Source of the DNA: Mobula hypostoma
Lineage: Eukaryota
Direction of reading: 5' to 3'
DNA length: 64,000 nt
NCBI RefSeq assembly: GCF_963921235.1
Contig: NC_086097.1
Span: 116,562,001-116,626,000 of the forward strand
Of this stretch, positions 61,121 to 64,000 are shown piece by piece (the first letter of the stretch is position 1; every line of letters begins with the position of its first letter). The notes under the pieces were generated by a model that worked only from the letters and a program-made list of their open reading frames with translations, was not told the DNA's origin and searched no databases. The position numbers were made by a program, and so were the translations under genes.

Positions 61121-61405
61121 GCAGCTGGAAAGTTGATTGGCAAAAGGGATACGAGGCTGGAAAAGGGAGAGGATCATGGGACGGGAGGCCTTGGGAGAAA
61201 GAAGGTGGGGGGGGGGAAGCCCAGAGGATGGGCAAGGAGTTGTAGTGAGAGGGACAGAGGGAGAAAAAAGAAAGGAAAAAAGGGGAAAGAAAAAAAAAAT
61301 CATAATAATGATAATAATAAATAAATAAATAAGGGGTGGGGTATGAAGGGGAGGAGGGGCATTAATGGAAGTTAGAGAAGTCAATGTTCATGCCATCAGG
61401 ATGGA
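61120..61405 (-). mobile_element. Penelope-like 3' fragment
   Basis: GAAGTTAGAGAAGTCAATGTTCATGCCATCAGG is the reverse complement of PDGMNIDFSNF; purine-rich UTR complement follows. Confidence 0.75.
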
Positions 61406-61539
61406 GATATTTAATTTTTTATCATATTTAAGTCACTCAGTTATTTTTTCTCTCTCCTGTCTTTGGCATTTACCCATTCTTTGTAAACTCTATCTCAACT
61501 AATAGAACTTCCATCCCATTGATAGCTTTAACAGAGAAT

Positions 61540-61916
61540 AGGAAGGAAATGTCATCAGAGTTACTTTGGCTCCAGAATGATTGTTGGTGCCAGACTGGGT
61601 GGTTTGAGTATCTTAGTAACTGCTAATTTCCTGGGATTTCACACACAGCAGTCTCTAGAGTTTACAGAAAAACAACAGCAAATAATCATCCAGTGTGCAG
61701 CAGTTCTGTGGGCAAAAATGCTTTGTTAATGAGAAAGGCTGATCGGACTGGTTCAAGCTGACAGGAAGGCGACAGTAACTCAAATAAACATGTATTTCAT
61801 CAGTGGTGTGCAGAAGAGCATCTCCGATTGCACAGCATATTCAACCTTGAAGTGGATGGGCTACAGCAGCAGAAGACTATGAACATACACTCATGGCCAC
61901 TTTATTAGGTACAGGA
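61540..61916 (+). mobile_element. Tc1-like deletion derivative, 5'-truncated
   Basis: Aligns to 37780-38294 and 46968-47505; ends in CACTCATGGCCACTTTATTAGGTACAGGA. Confidence 0.8.
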
Positions 61917-62409
61917 GTGTAATGTTTGTTTATAATTTTTTTTTGTCTGCACTGTACAGTTGCCAAAAGACAACAAATTTCATGACATACAAGTCAGTGA
62001 TAGTGAGCCTGATTTTGGTACATTCTGCAATCTCCTATTGCTTTTCCCTTGTGCTGCCACAATATGCTTAGATTTTGTATGGATGTCATGCAAAGCTAAG
62101 TGTTTCACTGTCTCTTTGTAATAATAATAAAACACTTAACACTCATTATCACAACTCATATTAACTACAGTAACACCAGGAATGTGAATTATGATCAGGA
62201 ATAGGCCACTCTTCATTTCATTTCCTCATTTAATAATATTATTGCTACTCAGATAATAACCTCAGTTCTACATTCCTGTCTATGTATGCTAACCTAACAC
62301 CCCCTTGCTTATCAAGTATTTACGTACCTCTGCCTTAGCAATGACCGAATACTCTTGATGTTCAACCCATCTGGGAAAGAAACAAACTCCACAACTCTTC
62401 TTATACTGA

Positions 62410-62690
62410 GGCAGCATAGTAGCATAGTGGTTAGAGCAATGCTTTACAGTACCAGCAACGGGGTTCAGTTCCCACCGCTGTCTGTTCAGGAGTTTGTACG
62501 TTCTCCCTGTGACCGTGCCGGTTTCCTCCGGGTGCTCCAGTTTCCTCCTATAGTCCAAAGGTGTACCGGTCAGTAGGTTGATTGGTCATTGTAAACTGTC
62601 CCGTGATTTGGCTAGGGTTAAACTGGGGGATGCTGGGTGGTGCGGCTTAAAGGGCTGGAAAGGCCTGTTCACACTAGATTCTCTCATAAA
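62410..62690 (+). mobile_element. Full-length V-SINE/HE1-like SINE inside a decayed CR1 3' fragment (~62195-62900, minus)
   Basis: A box TAGCATAGTGG, B box GGTTCAGTTCC, V domain, CR1-derived GGGCTGGAAAGGCC tail. Confidence 0.88.
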
Positions 62691-63589
62691 AGATTGCAAA
62701 CTTTTTACATTCATTCAATTAAGACCCTCACGATCTATCTTCTTCAATCAAGCCTTGATACCTTGAATTCTGGTGGACATGTGCCTATCGTGCCAGATAA
62801 TCAAGACAGAAAGGACATTGGAACAGAGACTATTCAGAAGTTTGAGTTACTTCCTTCAGGTGAAAGCTGGCGAAACAAATTCTAATCATTGCAATATGTT
62901 CATTAACTCTGTGATGTAGTCATTATTTAACACCAAGTTGCATGTACATGCTTTCTATTGTCAGTTTCTTTTCATACGAGCATATGAAGACTTGAATTTT
63001 GTTATTCATCTTTAGGCTTTGAATTTCCAGCATGTCAAAACTTTTTTGTCTAGGTGAATGAAATACTAGTGCTCATCTATCACAAATATTTGGAGAAAGC
63101 ACTGCAGGGTAGTTCCATGCATGTTAATGATAACACATGCTCATCTTGTGACAGTACCGCAGACATAATTTTCAAGTGTTTTGTTGAAAGAAAGAAGATG
63201 TAATTTATTTGGTGATAGGCGTGGGTGCCTTGTTGCCAAATAATTTGTTAATGAAATCTTGCTACCATTGTAGTGAAAAAGATAACTTCTGGGCAGAATC
63301 ACTGCTGGTCACTCCTTGTATCAAAGGTGAGGGATGAATCGCAGAACATAGATTGACCGAATGTGGCAAGTGGACAGGCAGCCAAATGATTGCACAGTAA
63401 ATCAATTGGGCCTCCTGCATGCAAGGGGCCCTTTCTTTCTCACGTGCTTTCAAGTGCATTTTTTTTTGATTCAGCAGCCCAGTTCATTGCTCTTTCACTC
63501 TAAGTTGCCTAGTGTGTACAGTGCTATCATGACTCAGTAAAAACACTTACCTTCTCCCTGACCTCTGCTTTCTGCTTTCTTTCCATGAT

Positions 63590-63975
63590 TCCCCTGTCCA
63601 TTTGTCCCTCCGTCCCGGCACCTACCCCTGCAAGCAGCCTAAGTGCCCATACACCTCCTCCCTTGCCTCCATTCAGGGCTCCAGGCAGCCCTTCCAGGTA
63701 AGGCAACACTTCACCTCCGAATCTGCTGGGGCACCCTATAGTGTCCAGCGCTCCCGTTGTGGCCTCCTCTACATACTGTAGGTGAGACACATCATAAATT
63801 GGAGGACAGCTTTGTCGAGCACCTCCACATCATCAACCATAAGTGGGATTTCCCAGTGGCCAAATATTTTAGTTCAGATTCCCAATCTGATATGTCAGGA
63901 TGCAGGAGCAGAACCTTATATTCTGCCTGGGTAACCTCCAACCTGATGGCATGAATATTGATTTCCCCTTCTGCT
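63590..63975 (+). mobile_element. Penelope-like GIY-YIG endonuclease fragment
   Basis: GTYPC..CPYTSSL..FQVRQHFT..CGLLYI..GET..FVEHL..FPVAKYF..LQPDGMNIDF with frameshifts. Confidence 0.85.
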
Positions 63976-64000
63976 AAACAAATTTGCACCTCCGCTTTCC

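Noticed and set aside
62410..62475. tRNA genes at A/B-box sites (also 1170-1236, 39812, 51958)
   Set aside because: They continue into V-domain and CR1-type tails and lack a convincing cloverleaf, so they are SINE heads.
1..64000. Prokaryotic systems (retron, DGR, group II intron, defence RT)
   Set aside because: All RTs carry eukaryotic non-LTR motifs with LINE tails, and there are no operons.

Overview
This is eukaryotic, largely non-coding DNA made up mostly of transposable elements. The mix of families points to a cartilaginous fish, probably a ray; that assignment is an inference. Families seen: CR1 LINEs with (TTTCTATG)n tails, HE1/V-type tRNA-derived SINEs, Rex1/Babar, Penelope-like elements (PLE), HERO, L1, RTE, Gypsy-type solo LTRs and Tc1/mariner/hAT-like derivatives. 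No host gene, rRNA, tRNA gene or CRISPR array can be supported. The only long intact reading frame is a CR1 ORF2 (APE endonuclease plus reverse transcriptase, 32303-35326, minus strand), inserted in frame into an older CR1. Almost all other ORF-track entries are retroelement fragments or their antisense shadows. Most notable: (i) minimal hammerhead-ribozyme motifs in Penelope termini, plus ~95-130 bp TSD-flanked inserts of only that terminal module; (ii) a 580-bp TIR element with a 6-bp TSD and teleost-like internal sequence; (iii) six LTR-like inserts of three families, four with exact TSDs; (iv) several multi-level nests; (v) a candidate zero-length recursive splice site near 49677. Family names come from remembered motifs, not database searches. 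Boundaries without a TSD are approximate.
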